The notes beneath the pieces were generated by a model. The model searched no databases, had not been told where the DNA came from, and worked only from the letters and a program-made list of their open reading frames with translations. A stretch of DNA of 64,000 bases from the human T2T-CHM13v2.0 reference genome, Homo sapiens. The first letter of the stretch is position 1, and each line of letters begins with the position of its first letter. This document shows, piece after piece, positions 33,315 through 53,670 of this stretch. Where the stretch lies: assembly GCF_009914755.1 (NCBI RefSeq), contig NC_060926.1; one strand, 5' to 3'. The position numbers were made by a program, and so were the translations under genes.

Positions 33315-33888
33315 TTAAAAAAAAAGAGAAATAGGTTCTACATTTATTTTACATACTTTTTTTTCACTCTGAAATGGCCATGTTTGAACCAGTGCTTTGC
33401 CTCAGAAAGAAATTATTAATATAATTCTCTATAGCTAGGGCAGTGATTGTGAATATGGTCTATTATATTTTCCTAGAGTATAAGGGAATCTGATAAATAG
33501 TGATTCGTAGTGAGGTAGCAACAATATGTAAATGAATTACTTTTTTTTCCCCTTTTCCTTACTCCTAGGAAATGGAAGGTTGCTTTAATTAAATATTCAG
33601 TACTTGTTTTCAAAACTGGAGTCAATCTTTGGCAATATTAAGTCGTTTCCTCTTCTGAAAAAGTAAACACCACCTAACTGTTGTTTCTATGGGTATGTTC
33701 CTAACTGTAAACTTGAGTAAGTGAGCCTCCTTCAGTATCTAAAGATTTGGGTGTTTTTGTTTACCTGTTTATGTATAACCCTCCCGAGCCTCTTCAGGAA
33801 GTTCCTCCATTCCTTACAGAATAGGGCACCTAAAGTATTTCCTACATAGGGTAGGTGGATATCCTGTCTTTCTGATACACAAAGAATG

Positions 33889-33914
33889 CACACACACACA
33901 CATACATACAAAGG

Positions 33915-33947
<33 letters not shown>

Positions 33948-33955
33948 CATACACA
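33889..33955. repeat. (CA)n...(TG)n compound microsatellite
   Basis: Directly visible. Confidence 0.9.
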
Positions 33956-35077
33956 AATAGTTTAGTGTTCATTCTTTATCCCATGTTACCAGTTTAGGTG
34001 GTACTGGAACCCAAGTGAGTCTTGCAATAAGAAAAAATACCTTTCTTTCAGGTTATTTACCATCATACAGATTGGCCAGTATACAACATTAGGATTTCAC
34101 AAAACTAGCTCTGTGTTAATTACACATATTAAATTGTGCAAAGCGTTAGCCCTACCCACCTACCTGGCCCTTTCTGGATGACTAAGTTCACCTTGAAGTA
34201 CAGAGTGGACAGACAGGCAGACTGGACATGGGAACTCTTACTTACATGTTTATACTCCAGAGTATCACACACAAAATGCAGAAGATGTATGCCTGGTTTA
34301 TCAATCCACATTACTCGGCTCATCCGAGCTCATCTTAGTCTTAGTGTACCTCACCCAACTTTGGAGGGTTAATTTGTTGTATATTAAACTTGTGTTTCTT
34401 GGGAGATGTGTAATATTAGATAATGTTCCAGAAACTGACCCTTATGGAAATGAAGGTCCATGATTCAGTTTGGATTCCAAGTAGGAAAAGAGGTTTTAAA
34501 AGTTCCTTTCCATTGTCTCAGTGAGAAGACCACTAAAGAGTTCAAGTTAAAGAAGGAAAGATTCGGTGCTGTACAACCTTAAGGTTAGCAAGCAAAGACT
34601 AAAAGGTATCTGCTACCAGTAATGAGGGCTTAATGACAGAAATGGACAGTCTTGTCCGACCAGCTTACGTGGGTGAGGTCAACCTAGTTATGCACTGAAA
34701 CTATACCCTTACCCACTTTCAGTAAAGGTGTTTACCAGCTCCGTAGTGAGAGGAGATCTGTGAATTTGGTGTCTGATGTCACTGCATGGCCTTGTGTAGT
34801 TTGTTCAGTGCAACTAAGTACATTCTAGAGTGTGTCCTTAGTCAATGTCAGCCAATGCTTTTATCACCATCATAAGGTCTTGAGTTTCGAAAGGTCTTCA
34901 GGTTCTTCTTTACAGACACCTAAAGTGATTGGCCCTGCCTGACCGTGGTCAAGATGCTAGCGGCTAAAGTGGGCAAAGCCAGGTAAGGAGATGATTCACA
35001 GGGTTCTGCCTTCATGTCTCTTACCCATGGTCAGTGTCACTGACACCATCTTTGGGCCTTCTTTGCCACTTTTATTA

Positions 35078-35436
<359 letters not shown>

Positions 35437-38400
35437 TTATTCCATAGTTAATAGAGTTTTATTTCGGCATATGGCCACTCATATCCCAACCTCCCTTGCT
35501 ATTAGGTGTGGCTAAATTTTTGCCAAGGAAGTATAGGCAGAAGTGATGTGTGCAACTTCCATGTCACTTTTCTGCTTTTCCCCTCTTCTACTAGGTTGAA
35601 ATGATCACAGGGCAGTGACCTAGCTATGGCCATAAAGTCAAAAATAACACTCTTAAGGAATAGAGGAGTAAAAAAAAAAAGTAGGGGTCTGGGCCTGAAA
35701 GACTGCACAGAGGAAAACCACCCCACCTGCCTGGACTGCTCATTTCTGGACTGTTACATGATAGAGAATCAAGTTCTGCCTTCTGTAAGCCATGGTATAG
35801 TTGGGTCTCTGTTATCACAGCGTAGCCTATGCCCAGCCCAAATAGTACCTAGGTCCTTACTTTCCCCTGCCTTCCACCTCCTCTGTTCCTTGGAGGATGG
35901 CTTTCTCCCTGCTCTCTCTTCCATCTCATGTTCATGTCCTTTCTGCCTTTGCCCCTTCTCCATATGCTTCCCAGCATGGCATGCACTCAGTCCAAATGCT
36001 GGTTGCCAGTTGTGTGTCTATTTAAGGCTCTTTCCCCAAAGATCAACTTTTTTTCTCCTTCTCAGCTAGCAGAACATATTTTCACCACCTAAAAGGAATT
36101 TAAGAAGAATTTAAAGCCCATTCCACCCTCACAGGGTGAGCAATTTATAGTGGTTATCTACTAAGGTATAAGGATCTTATCATCAATTTAAGAGAGTTTC
36201 TTAGATAATTATTGGAATGTGTGCTAGTGCAGGAACCAAGAACAAACAACATTTGTCATAAGCCAAGGGCATGCCTTTTGTTCATTTAATCTGCAGTGCT
36301 TATGTTATGAGGAGCAGACTAGATCCAAGAGAAACAGAATCCATGACATTTAGAGCCATAGGCTGTATGTGGGCTGTGGAGAGTGCAAATGGCTTGATTG
36401 GAATTCCAGGAAAAATCTCAGATGCCCTGGGTAGAAGGGTTCTGATTCTTGGGGGTTCCTGTATCCCAAACACAACTCTTCATTTGTGTTGTCCTGTAGT
36501 TCACCTGAACGAGTACCAGAGTTCTCACTGTTTATTCATTCAGCAACATCTTTAGTGCTACTATGTGCTGCGGATTATGCTGGGTGCTGGGGATATGTGT
36601 AAACGACAGACATGGTCCCTGTCTAAATGGGCTTACAAAATAGTGTGAAGACATGCATTATAAAGTAATTAGATGGGTGGTGGGTGCTATGGTAGGTCAG
36701 GGTACCCTGGGAGCACACAAAAGCAATAGGCTTTCCCACTCCACTTTGTTCCCAGAACACTTGCAATTGGGCTTATATGCTCCAGGAGGAAGACTGGAGG
36801 ATTCTTAGGAGAAATGGAACTGCCCCCCGGGAAAAGGCCCTACAAAGAAGGGGCCATTTTGCTTGCCCAATCACCCCCTAGTGGAGTTAGCCTGTCAAAA
36901 ATTCACCGCCTCCCTTAGACACACAGAACTCCCTATCAACTTGTGTCTCCCTCTAAAATGTGAAGAGGACAGTGCAGGATTATCAGACATTTGACAACAG
37001 CCTCCCACAAGGAAGACTGAGACTAAAAGCCAAAACAACTCCCAAAGAAATCAGGCACTGTAGAAAACAAGAAAAATCAAACTCCAAAGACCTAAGTTTT
37101 TCAGAGATCCTAAGTTTTTCAGTAGACTGCATCTACTCAGCAACAATAAGATGCTAAGAAAGAGCTTTTGGAAAATAAAATATGATAGCGGGATCTATAC
37201 AGCAGAATGATTGGGCCCAGGATTTAACACAGAGCTTCTAGAACATGAATAGGGTCTGCGATGGCTTTTTTTTTTTCTTTTTTTGAGACAGGTTCTGGCT
37301 CTGTTGCCCAGGAGTGCAGTGGTGCAATCTCAGCTCACTGCAATCTGCCCCACTGGCTCAAGTAAGTGATCCTGCCAACTCAGCTTCCCGTATAGCTGGG
37401 ATTATAAGTATGTGCACTACGCCCAGCTAATTTTTGTATTTTTAGTAGAGACAGGGTTTCACCATGTTGGCCAGGCTGGTTTTGAACTCCTGACCTCAAG
37501 TGATACACCCACCTTGGCCTCACGAAGTGCTGGGATTACAGGCATGAGCTCTCTTTGAGAACAGGCTGGATAGCAGAGTTCAGCTTCAAACATCCAAGTT
37601 GAAAGATACCATTTAACAAAGGGTTTTGTTAGAGCAGGTGAAATTGGTCAGGCATGGTGGCTCATGCCTGTAAGCCCAGCACTTTGGGAGGCTGAAGCAG
37701 GCAGATCACTTGAGGTCGGGAGTTTGAGACCAGCCTGGCCAACATGATGAAACCTCGTCTCTACTAAAAATACAAAAATTAGCTGGGCATAGTGCACACA
37801 CTTATAATGGCACATACTTATAGTGGCGGCATGGACCGGTAATCCCAGCTACTGGGGAGGCTGAGGCAGGAGAATCACTTGAGATTCAGAGAAGCGAATA
37901 GAGAACAGAGAATCCCAGGAAGCGGAGGTTGCAGTGAGCCAAGATCGCACCACTGCACTGCAGCCTGGAACAAAACAAACAAAAAAACAGGTGAAATAGA
38001 TACCTGAGCTAGCAATGATTTTTATGTTGTAGTCTCAGATTGCTGATGGGTAAGAAACAAAATTTTGGGAGTCAAGCAAAACATGGCAAAGCTTGGAGAT
38101 CAAATGCAATCTCTGAGGAAGAACAGCAGATAGTCTAGACCAAGCTTTAAGGAAAACTAGAAACATTTAATATCTGGGTAGAGGAATCACCATTGAAAAG
38201 AAGACTGAGAAGTAGCCAAGGTGGCATGGAGGTCAAGAGAATGTTTTGAAAAGAAGGGAATGCTCAGTGTCAACTCCTGCGGAGGAATCAAATAAATTAA
38301 ACACTTCTGAAAGTGTCTATTGAAATTCAGCCACATGGAGGGGTGTGGAGAGTCAGATGCAATGAGTAGAAAGTAGCAGATGGTCAGGAAATGGAGATGT

Positions 38401-38759
38401 CATAAGGGTACATAAAATTTGTTTTAGAGCTTTTACCTTGAAGGAGAGGAGAGATAGAATGATAACCAAAGGAGGAAGATAGGACTCAGGGAGAGTTTTA
38501 TTTAAAATGGAAGAGATTTGAGCAACTTTAAAAACTGACAGGAGGGAGTCAGTAACAAGAGGCACAGTCAATAAAATGATGTCCCTGAACTGGAGTGAGG
38601 GTGAGGCTGGCATCTCAAGCACTGCTAAAGAGACTGCCCTTAGGTAGGAGAAGAGAAACCTATAAGCTCTAAGGAGAAGGAGAGAAAAAAATAACAGTCA
38701 CATCCTCTGTGAAATAGGAGACGCTGAGTACTGATTGAGAAGAAAAAAGTGTGAAATAG

Positions 38760-39204
<445 letters not shown>

Positions 39205-39583
39205 TGAGCTACTAAACATGCTATTATAAACATTAATATACAAGTTTTTATGTGGATATTGGTTTTCATTTATCTTGAGTACCTAGGAAGAGAGTTGCTG
39301 GGTCATATGACAACTCTATGTTTAACATTTTGAACAACTTGCCAGAATGTTTTCCTCAGCAGCTGCATCATTTTACATTCTAACTACCAGCATATGAATT
39401 TCTCCGTATCCTTGCCAACAACACTTGTTATTGTATGTCTTTTAATAAAAAATAATAACCATCCCTAGTGGGTCTCAGGTGGTATCTCATTGTAGTTTTG
39501 GTTTACATTATTACCCTGATGGCTAATGATATTGATTATGTTTTCTGCTATTTATTTTGCGATTTACATATCTTCCTTGGTGA

Positions 39584-39892
<309 letters not shown>

Positions 39893-40035
39893 TGATCCAC
39901 CTGCCTCAACCTCCCAAAGTGCTGGGATTACAGGTGTCAGCCACCACGCCCGGCCATAAGAGTTTTTTTATATATTCAAGATGGAAGTCCTTTATTAGAT
40001 AATGTGATCTGCAATTTTTTTTTCACATTCTGTAG

Positions 40036-40362
<327 letters not shown>

Positions 40363-41635
40363 TAGTTTTGACCAAATGTCTTTTTTTCTGTTGCAGGAAC
40401 TCATCCAGGATAGGACATTACATTTCATTGTCATGTCTCTTTAGGTTCCTCATGCTTATGACGATTTCTCACAATCACCTTGTTTTTTATTTCCTTGACA
40501 GTTTCAAGGAATACTGGTCAGTTTTGTGTAGAAGTCCCTCAGTTAGGATTGTTTGATGTTTTTCTCATCATTAGATGGGGGATATGGATCTTTGGGGAGG
40601 AATATCATAGAGGTAAAGTACTATTTTCGTCATGTCATATCTAGGTACATACTATCAACATGAATCACCACTGTTAATGTTGACCTTGTTCACCTGACCA
40701 AGGTAGTGTCAACAGCTTTCTCCACTGTAAAGTTACTCTTTTTTGCTGCCTTTTGCTGCATGCTACAAGTTTTGATATACAGCGTTTTCTTACCATTCAC
40801 TTCTAAATATTTTCGTTGAAATTTGTCAGTATGAACTTGTATTTATCTCCCAAATTTTGCAGTTTTTCCCCAGTATCCTAAGTGTAGTTACAAAATTTTA
40901 AAAAGGGAAATTTAAGGACAATCCAGGCCTGGGGTTTTGTCAGGAAAGTACACCCCATCTACTATATTTCATTTCATACCTCTCATTCCACATCTCATGT
41001 TCTGCCTGCATCTCATTAGGTAGTCTTTCTTTAATTAGAGACTCCATCTCTCATTACACTCTTCATTTCACCATTGCATCTATCACACACATCCATCACT
41101 CAAAGTCATTGCCTGAATTGACTCATGCTACTGTGGGCCATGAGAATTTCAGCTATTAAAGACAAGAATGTTTGCAGGGATGGAAGATGGAGTTGAAACT
41201 AGGTAGGAAGGCAAGTCAAAATAGAAAGGGCCTGAAAAATAGGTAGAAGGTAGCGGGATCGACGGACTGGAAGTCCCAGTGAAGTAAAAGAACTGGTGAT
41301 TAGGAGTAGATAGAAATACAGGAGGTTGTGGTTTGAGAATGGGATATCTGCATTTATTATTTTGCAGGTAGAACAATTTTAAGTGGCTTGTCATAATCTA
41401 GTCATTGCATGCTCATAGAATGAATGGATGAAGGAGAGTGGAAGGGAAGGTCGTTGAAGAGGAAGGTCCATTAGCGGAGCATAGTGGCCTCTAGTCCCAG
41501 CTACTTGGGTAGTTGAGGAAGGAGGATCCCTTGAGCCCAGAAGTTCAAGGTTAGTGAGCTGTGATCACATCCCTGCACTCCAGCCTGGGCAACAGGGAGA
41601 CCCTGTCTCAAAGAGAAAGAGAGGGGTGGGGGAGG

Positions 41636-41750
41636 GAGGAAGGAAGGAAGGAAGGAAGGAAGGAAGGAAGGAAGGAAGGAAGGAAGGAAGGAAGGAAGGA
41701 AGGGAGGGAGGGAAAGGAAGAAGGAAGGGAGGGAGGGAAGGAGGGGAGGG
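41636..41750 (+). repeat. (GGAA)n microsatellite in an Alu tail
   Basis: About 16 consecutive GGAA units followed by degenerate purine repeats. Confidence 0.95.
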
Positions 41751-41754
41751 GACA

Positions 41755-41823
41755 TACTGCTTTCACTGTATCCCATAGGTTTCAGTATGTTGTGTTTCCA
41801 TTTTCATTTGTCTTAAGAAATTT

Positions 41824-41873
<50 letters not shown>

Positions 41874-42490
41874 AATTGTAGAGACGACATGTTACCATAT
41901 TGCCCAGGCTGGTTTCAAACTTCTGGGCTCAAGCAGTCCTCCCACCTTGGCCTCTCAAAGTGCTGGGATTATAGTCATCAGCTACCACACCCAGCCTATT
42001 TCAAGAAATTTTTCAGTTTCCTTCTGAATTTCTTCATTGGCACACTTGTCATTCCAGAGCATGTTGTTTAATTTCCATATGTTTGTATAGTTTCCAAAGT
42101 TCCTCTGGTTATTGGTTTCTAGTTTTATTCTATTCTATTATGGTCAGAGAAGATACTTGAATCAGATTTCAATTTTGGGGGATTTTTTAAGACTTATTTT
42201 GTGGCCTAACATGTGGTCTATCCTTGAGAATAATCCATGTGCTGAGGAGAAGAATGTGTATTCTGCAGCTGTTGGATGAAATGCTCTATAAATATAGGTC
42301 CATTTGGTGTATAGTGCAGATTAAGTCTGATGTTTCTTTGTTGATTCTCTGTCTGGGAGATCTGTCCAATGCTGTAAATGGGGTGTCGAGTCTCCAGCTA
42401 TTGTTGTATTGGGTTCTATCTCTCTCTTTAGCTCTAACAATATTTGCTTTATATATCTAGGTTCTCCAGTGTTGGGGACATATATATGTG
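41755..42490 (-). mobile_element. L1 ORF2 endonuclease-region fragment with Alu monomer insert
   Basis: Peptide PNTGEPRYIKQILLELKREI resembles the L1 endonuclease domain. Confidence 0.8.
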
Positions 42491-42744
42491 TGTGTATATA
42501 TGGGAAGATGAAGAAGCTCTGGAGATGGATGTTGTGATAGTGGCACAATAATATGAATGTACTTAATGCCACAAAGCTTTTACACTTAAAAACAGTTTAA
42601 ATAGGGCCGGGTGCGGTGGCTCAAGCCTTTAATCCCAGCACTTTGGGAGGCCAGGGCAGGCGGATCACGAGGTCAAGAGTTCAAGACCATTCTGGCTAAC
42701 ACGGTGAAACTCCATCTCTACTAAAAATACAAAAAAAAAAATTA

Positions 42745-42954
<210 letters not shown>

Positions 42955-43029
42955 TTAGACAATCTGTAAGAGAAATGAAGGCAATCGAGGCTGTTTTCAC
43001 AAGTCCTTGGCTTTAGTATGATAGCTTCC

Positions 43030-43411
43030 AAGTTGAACCTGATGAGCCTGACCTCCTTGTATTAATGTTTCCATACGCTGGATTGGAATAACTTGTGCAA
43101 CCAGTGGGATATGTCAGAAGTGACCAGAAATGAGTGGGCTGCCATGTTGTGAGGACACTCACAGCCTGTGAAGAGGTCTAATGATGAGGAAGTGAGGCCT
43201 CCAGCCAACAGCCAGTGTTAACTTGCCAACCATGTGAGAAGCTACCTTGGAAGGAGATCCTCCAGCAGCCCCTCTCATGAGAGAGGTCAAGCCAGAGCTA
43301 ACCTGCTAAACTCCTAAATTCCTGAACCACAGAAACTGTGAGATAATGGTTATTGTTTTAAGCCATTATGTTTTGAGGCCATATGTTATACAGGAATTGA
43401 AAACTAATACA
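43030..43411 (+). mobile_element. MLT1-type (MaLR) LTR
   Basis: cctccagccaacagccag...cagaaactgtgagataat...ttgttttaagcca...aactaataca ending. Confidence 0.7.
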
Positions 43412-43905
43412 GATAGTATGAAGGCTTCTTTCATCAACTGCCTGAGGTTGGTGGTGTCTTCAGTCATTTATATAGATCTATTTGTTTCTGGATAATATTA
43501 CAGCTATTTAAAGATATTTTGTGGCTCTATTTAGATACAGCTACATTCGCCTTTATATGTTTTGAATACCCAGTAAGTAACTTGAAAATATTTCCTGATA
43601 TTGGAGGGAGGGGCATTGCTGAATTTCAGAAAGTTAAGGCTAGTAAGAGCTATGACTAATATAATACATCTTGTTGGATACTGTGAATGCTTTTCATTTA
43701 ATTCTGTAGGTAAAGGAAATAGAATCTGAAGGAAGGCCAGTGTTTTAAGTCTTCTTACTCTAACGTGAATGAATTCATTAGACATATTTATATTTTAAAA
43801 AAAAGAGGAAGCAAAATAAAATAAGGGGGCAAAATAAGCAAAGCCAACTTAAGAATTTTTTAAGGGCCAAATCCAGTTATCTTGGCTCTGTATGTGTGTA
43901 CCTAC

Positions 43906-44073
43906 CTAAAATTCTAATCTCTGTATCTGTGAGTCTCCAGTTTTTCAACCCAAGCTTGACGAGTTGTGGGACCTCCTCCAAATGTTTCAACAGGCTGCTC
44001 AGGCTGCCTTGCACGTCACAGCCCCAGGGCAGCATCAGTGCGGTGAGCTGTTCTAGCACGTTCATCCTGTCGA
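43906..44073 (-). CDS. NLRC4: NLRC4 LRR exon, 168 nt
   Basis: ttccag|TC GAC AGG ATG...ATT TTA G|gtagg; [17 protein letters not shown]...TEIRIL. Confidence 0.95.
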
Positions 44074-44701
44074 CTGGAAGAAACAAAGAGCAGTTCAGGG
44101 ACTGGATGGTCTCAAAACTGAGGAAGAACAAAGGGGTGTTAGGGGAGGAATGATCTTTATGTTTGGTGGCTCTGCAGCCTACTCAATCTGTAATGAGAAT
44201 CTACTTAATTTTTGGTTTTTTTTTGGAAAGTATTCAAGCATATACAAACATTATGCAGAAGAATATAATGAAACTATATATACTAATAAGACACCTTCAA
44301 AAACATTAAATCATGGGCAATCTTGCTTAATCCTGACCTAATTCCTCCTGTATTATTCTAAAGCAAATCATGGACAATATGAATCAGTTCTTTCCTTTTT
44401 TTTCTTTTAACCATAATCACATATCACTATCACACCTAAAAAATCATATCACCAATTCCTTAAGCAAATTTGTCTTGCACATCGGCTACTCTTGACAGTT
44501 GCCTCTTCAAAGGAGGAAAGCAGGTGGGATACCGCCTCAAAGTGCAGTGAGCATATGTAAACTGGTGACTTAAAAGACATGGGCCTGTGTTCCTTAAGGG
44601 CAGTTTAAGAAAGGCCTAAATGATTTTCCTAAGGAGGGTGCATCTAGTAAGGCACACATGGGTATAAAAGACCTCAGGACCCAGGCTATGTATTTCGACT
44701 A

Positions 44702-44911
<210 letters not shown>

Positions 44912-46624
44912 TTAGAATAATTCTGAGTTCTTATCTTCTCTGCTAATGGTAGTGCAAACCATAACTTGCCTTGGTTATTTTAATTATTTCCAAAGGCTCT
45001 GGTGTAGGTGTAACCCCCAAATCCCATGGTTATGACCAAATGGGCAAATAGTCATTGGTCCTAGGTTCTGATTAATGAATTCCAGGTCACGTAGAACCTA
45101 AAGCAGCATGGGATGTAGTTGTTATGTCATCATGGAAAAATCACTTGGTCTCTCTAAGCCTCAATGTCTTCCTCTATAGAATGAGGTAGTTGGACCAGAT
45201 AAAATGTAAAGTTGCTTCAATTATAAAATGCCGTTAATCATGCAGGAGAAACAGGAACAACAACAACAACAAAAATGAAATGAGCTGGTTTTGTGTACCT
45301 CAACTTAGATGATTTTATTGACATAATAGTTGAGATATTAATAATAAAAACATAGTAAAAAATGGATGAGAAAAAAAGAAAACAAATAGCAAAATGGCAG
45401 ATTCAAATTTATCCATATCAACAATTACATTAAATCTTAATGGACTAAACACTCCAATTAAAAGGCAGAGATAATCAGATATTCAGAACTTTTTTTAAAG
45501 CAAGACCCAGTTTTATGCTGTGTACAAAAGACGTGTTTGAATGACAAAGACACAAATATGTTGAGGTAATGGAAAACTATTTTGCATGCAAACATTAATT
45601 ATATAATAGTACCAGTCTAGCTAAGAATTGCTTAGTGCTTTTCTTCACATATTATCACTCTTGCTTAATCTAGCTGAAGTTTTTTCTGTCAGGGCTAGAA
45701 AAATCTCCTTTTTAAAAAAATCAGACAAGTTTTTCATGAATATGTACTCTTGTTATAATATTGGCTATTATTATTTTTAATCAATCATATGAGCCCTTTT
45801 CTTAAAGTATCTTCTGGGTTTTGTGCTCTACAATAAAAAACCTGCTGAACTTCTCTTTAAAAGAGTACGTTTGCTATTTGCAGTTCTAAGCCTGTCTCTC
45901 CCCATCAGTAAGTAGAGAAATAAAGGCATGTGCTCATTGTTCTCATATTCCCAGTACTTATCCAGCCTTTTTCAACTGTGGGTTTCTCTAGCTGTAACTT
46001 TATATTAGTATACAAATGGCTTCCTTAGTTATCTTTAGAGACTCCCAGCAGTTATATAGTTTAACTTTAAAAAGATTATACCACTGTTTTCCAAAATCTA
46101 AATTTTAAAATATGTCTGAATTACACATGTATAGTTTATCCAGAAATATGCAGTTAGTTTCCCCGTAGTTGATATGCATCCCTTTGGGAACTCAGAAGGC
46201 TCAATTATCATATCATGCACATTAACTTCATCTTAACAGGGCAATGGGTAGGAATTAGAAGCCTGAGATCATTTAAGAAAATCTTTATCTCTCACTTCTC
46301 AATCATTTATCCATTCATTTAAATGTTTATTAGGCAGTAAATTATATGACCGGTTGTGTGGCAAGTTTCAAGCACCTATTTCTTATTTTCTTCCTTTTCA
46401 CTTTCTCTAAAAATTACATCTTCAATTATTCTGAAATTCTCCCCTATTATCCATCAATAGTTGATTTAATTCTAATATGGAGAAAAATCATTAAAAACAA
46501 TCTGCTTATTATCGAGAAGTTTTTATTTTCCAGTTTTCCTTAAAATTAAATTTCCATTTGAGACATTTAGTGTGAATTAGTATAATAGTATCACATGTTC
46601 TGTTATACTGTCCTCATTCAGTTA

Positions 46625-46837
<213 letters not shown>

Positions 46838-48434
46838 TTAGGATACCAAGTTAATTCGATTTAAGCATAGATTAATGAACTGAAAAGAAAGCAAAGAATA
46901 ATTGTGCAGAGACCTTGCCATGTTCTTCCTGCAGCGACTTTAAGTTACAAAGAATCAACGAGAGCTTTTTTTCTTTCAATTCTCACTTTCCAGTCTCTTG
47001 GACCACACAAAAAATCACTTATATGGAGGTTATTCTCTTAGTAGCATGAGAAACACTGTAGTAAATTTGTAGTCTTTTTAATGGGCATCAATGTATACTC
47101 TTACCGTAATTCTTTACATGAATGAAGTCTTCTAGAGCACTCTCCTTTCAATCTTCTCAAAAATCTTAAACAGCGGGGGGGCTGAGTTCAGGGAGGTAGA
47201 TGAGGACTTGGCTCCTTGGAGTGCTTCTAGTGCAACTGTCTACAGCCTCAAAAGCCTTGCCTGGACTCATGATATGGGGCCTGCCTGAAGCTTTAGAATG
47301 AAGACCACATCCACTGCAGCATGTTTAACCAGAAGAAAGATTTACCTTATATCAACAGTATAATTGGAAACATTCTAAAATATCCCCCGTTCTTAAGTCT
47401 AAAGCTAATGTGCAGTTTAGGATTGGTTAGGCCTCACTTTGTGTCATTAAAATACTGTCTTATCTTGATGGTACTGTAGCCTACGGGAAAGAAATATATG
47501 ATTTTAATGACCAGGCATGGTGGCTCACACCTGTAATCCCAGCACTATGGGAGGCAGTGATAGGCGAATCACCTGAGGTCAGGAGTTCAAGACCAGCCTG
47601 TCCAACATGGCGGAACCCCATCTCTACTAAAAATACAAAAATTAGCTGGGCGTGATGGTGCACACCTGTAATCTCAGCTACTTCGGAGGTTGAGGCATTA
47701 GAATCGCTTGAACCCAGGAGGCAGAGGTTGCAGTGAGCCAACATCTCACCACTGCACTCCAGCCTGGGCGACAGAGCGAGACTCCCATCTCAAAGAAAAG
47801 AAAAGAAAAGAAATAAAATATATGATTCTAATAATATCAGTCTTGCAGAGCTTTCGGGAAGGTTGCAGATAATGTACGTTAACATATTTAATGTGGTGCC
47901 TGGCACATAGTAAGTGCTCCATAAATGTTCATTGTTGTCATGGGAGTATATACCGGTTAAAGGTTGTGAGCATGAGCTTTGCAGTCAGTTCCTGGATCCC
48001 CTACTTAATAATTATAAACTTGGGCAAGTTATTCAATCTTTTAGCTGAAGCGTTAGGGATCATTATATCTATGTACTAGGACTGTTGTGGGGATTCAATG
48101 GAATGAGGTATATAAAACTGCCGAGGCTAGTGTCTAATCTATAGCAGAGTAACTCTTTAATAAAGAGTAAATTATTACTGATATAATTAGACTGGTTTAG
48201 TCAAGTTCACATTTTGATTCCTTAATAGCAGAAGCAGGCTATCCTAGAGAGGTACTTTTTGACCTCTTTCTACCAGTTGGTAAGATCTTGAGCAAGTCAA
48301 TAAGCTATTTTAGGTTCTAGTGGAGTTTTCTGTGAAATGAATGAGTTGAATTAGATGCTCTCAATCCCCTTCCAGCTCTGATTTTCTGTGTAATTTATAC
48401 ACATGCAATAAATGTTTATTGAACACTGAATTAA

Positions 48435-48809
<375 letters not shown>

Positions 48810-49175
48810 TAGGCTAGAGTTGTCTTTCGGCAGGAAGCAGAATAAGAAAGAACAAGATGAAGGGAAGAGAGGAGTATTTTAGTGAGGACTCAAGTAGGGA
48901 AAAAAAGAGCCAAAAAAAAAAAAAAAAAAAATCCAACACACGAGAAAACAGGGACATTCAAGGAAAGCAGCTTTAACAGGAATCCTCCCTGGCCTGCAGG
49001 GCCTGGTTCCCTGTGGTAAGCCATGTGTTCTGCTTGTGTTCCTGAAGTTTCCTTTTCCTTTTCATTTTTTTGATTGGGGAAACACAACCTGCAGTGTAGA
49101 ATGAAAGCATGCTTCCCCCAAAGTTTTCTTGATTCACATTGTTTCCTGTGTCCTATTTCATTTATGAATTTTTTT

Positions 49176-49263
49176 AACTATGAAACCATAGTATAAACTT
49201 TAAAATATTGTTTCTATGCAACTATGAAACTATACTATAAACTTTAAAATATTGTTTCTATGC
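49176..49263. repeat. 44-bp tandem duplication
   Basis: aactatgaaac(c/t)ata(g/c)tataaactttaaaatattgtttctatgc twice, two mismatches. Confidence 0.9.
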
Positions 49264-49510
49264 ATTAAATAAAAACATAGCCAATGAGCCAGGGAGACGG
49301 AAGTTAAAAACACGTCAGGGGCTCTCTTCCCAAAAGGGTTACCATCTGGTGTTGTACAATTTGAATAAAATGATGCTGAAGGATTTTAATGGCAGTAGGG
49401 AAAATGTCTGGGGAAACCAATGTAGCCACAAGTACATAAAAACATCCTTGCCTTGTGCAGACACAGCCAATGTCAGAGCCTGAAGTTAACTCCTCTTATT
49501 ATCAAACTTA

Positions 49511-49663
<153 letters not shown>

Positions 49664-49818
49664 TCAGCAGATATTTGCTATTTACTATGTCATTTACTAT
49701 TACTGTCATTTTTGTTACCAATCAAAAGATTTTAATGATCATCATGAGCCAAAAATGCTCATGAAATAGACATAAAAATATACTTTTTATAAGAGATGGG
49801 CATTATACTTCACTGTAA

Positions 49819-50124
<306 letters not shown>

Positions 50125-50189
50125 TGATCCGCCTGCCTCGGCCTCCCGAAGTGCTGGGATTACAGGCGTGAGCCACTGCGCCTGGCCGA

Positions 50190-53160
<2,971 letters not shown>

Positions 53161-53517
53161 AACACCCCCTTCTGCAAACCCCACAAAAAAAACCCTTCTA
53201 AAACTGGCTGGGTGCAGTGGCTCATACATATAATCCTAGCAGTTTGCGAGACTGATGGGGAGGATCACTTGAGCCCAGGAGTTCAAGACTGGCCTTGGCA
53301 ACATAGAGAGACCTCCTCTCTACAAAAAAGAAGGAGGAGGAGGAGGAGGAGAGGGAGAGAGGGGGAGGGGGAAGGAGAGGGGAAGGGAGAGGAAGAAGGA
53401 GGAGGAGGAGGAGAAGGAGGAGGAAGAGGAGGAGAATGAGAAGAGAAAAAATTAGTGAGGTAGCGAGGTGTGGTGGCACATGTCAGTGGTCCCAGCGACT
53501 TAGGAGGCTGAGCATTA

Positions 53518-53670
<153 letters not shown>

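Noticed and set aside
34660-34685. TACGTG (HRE-like) and AGGTCA half-site in the last NLRC4 intron
   Set aside because: Short motifs expected by chance; no supporting evidence from sequence alone
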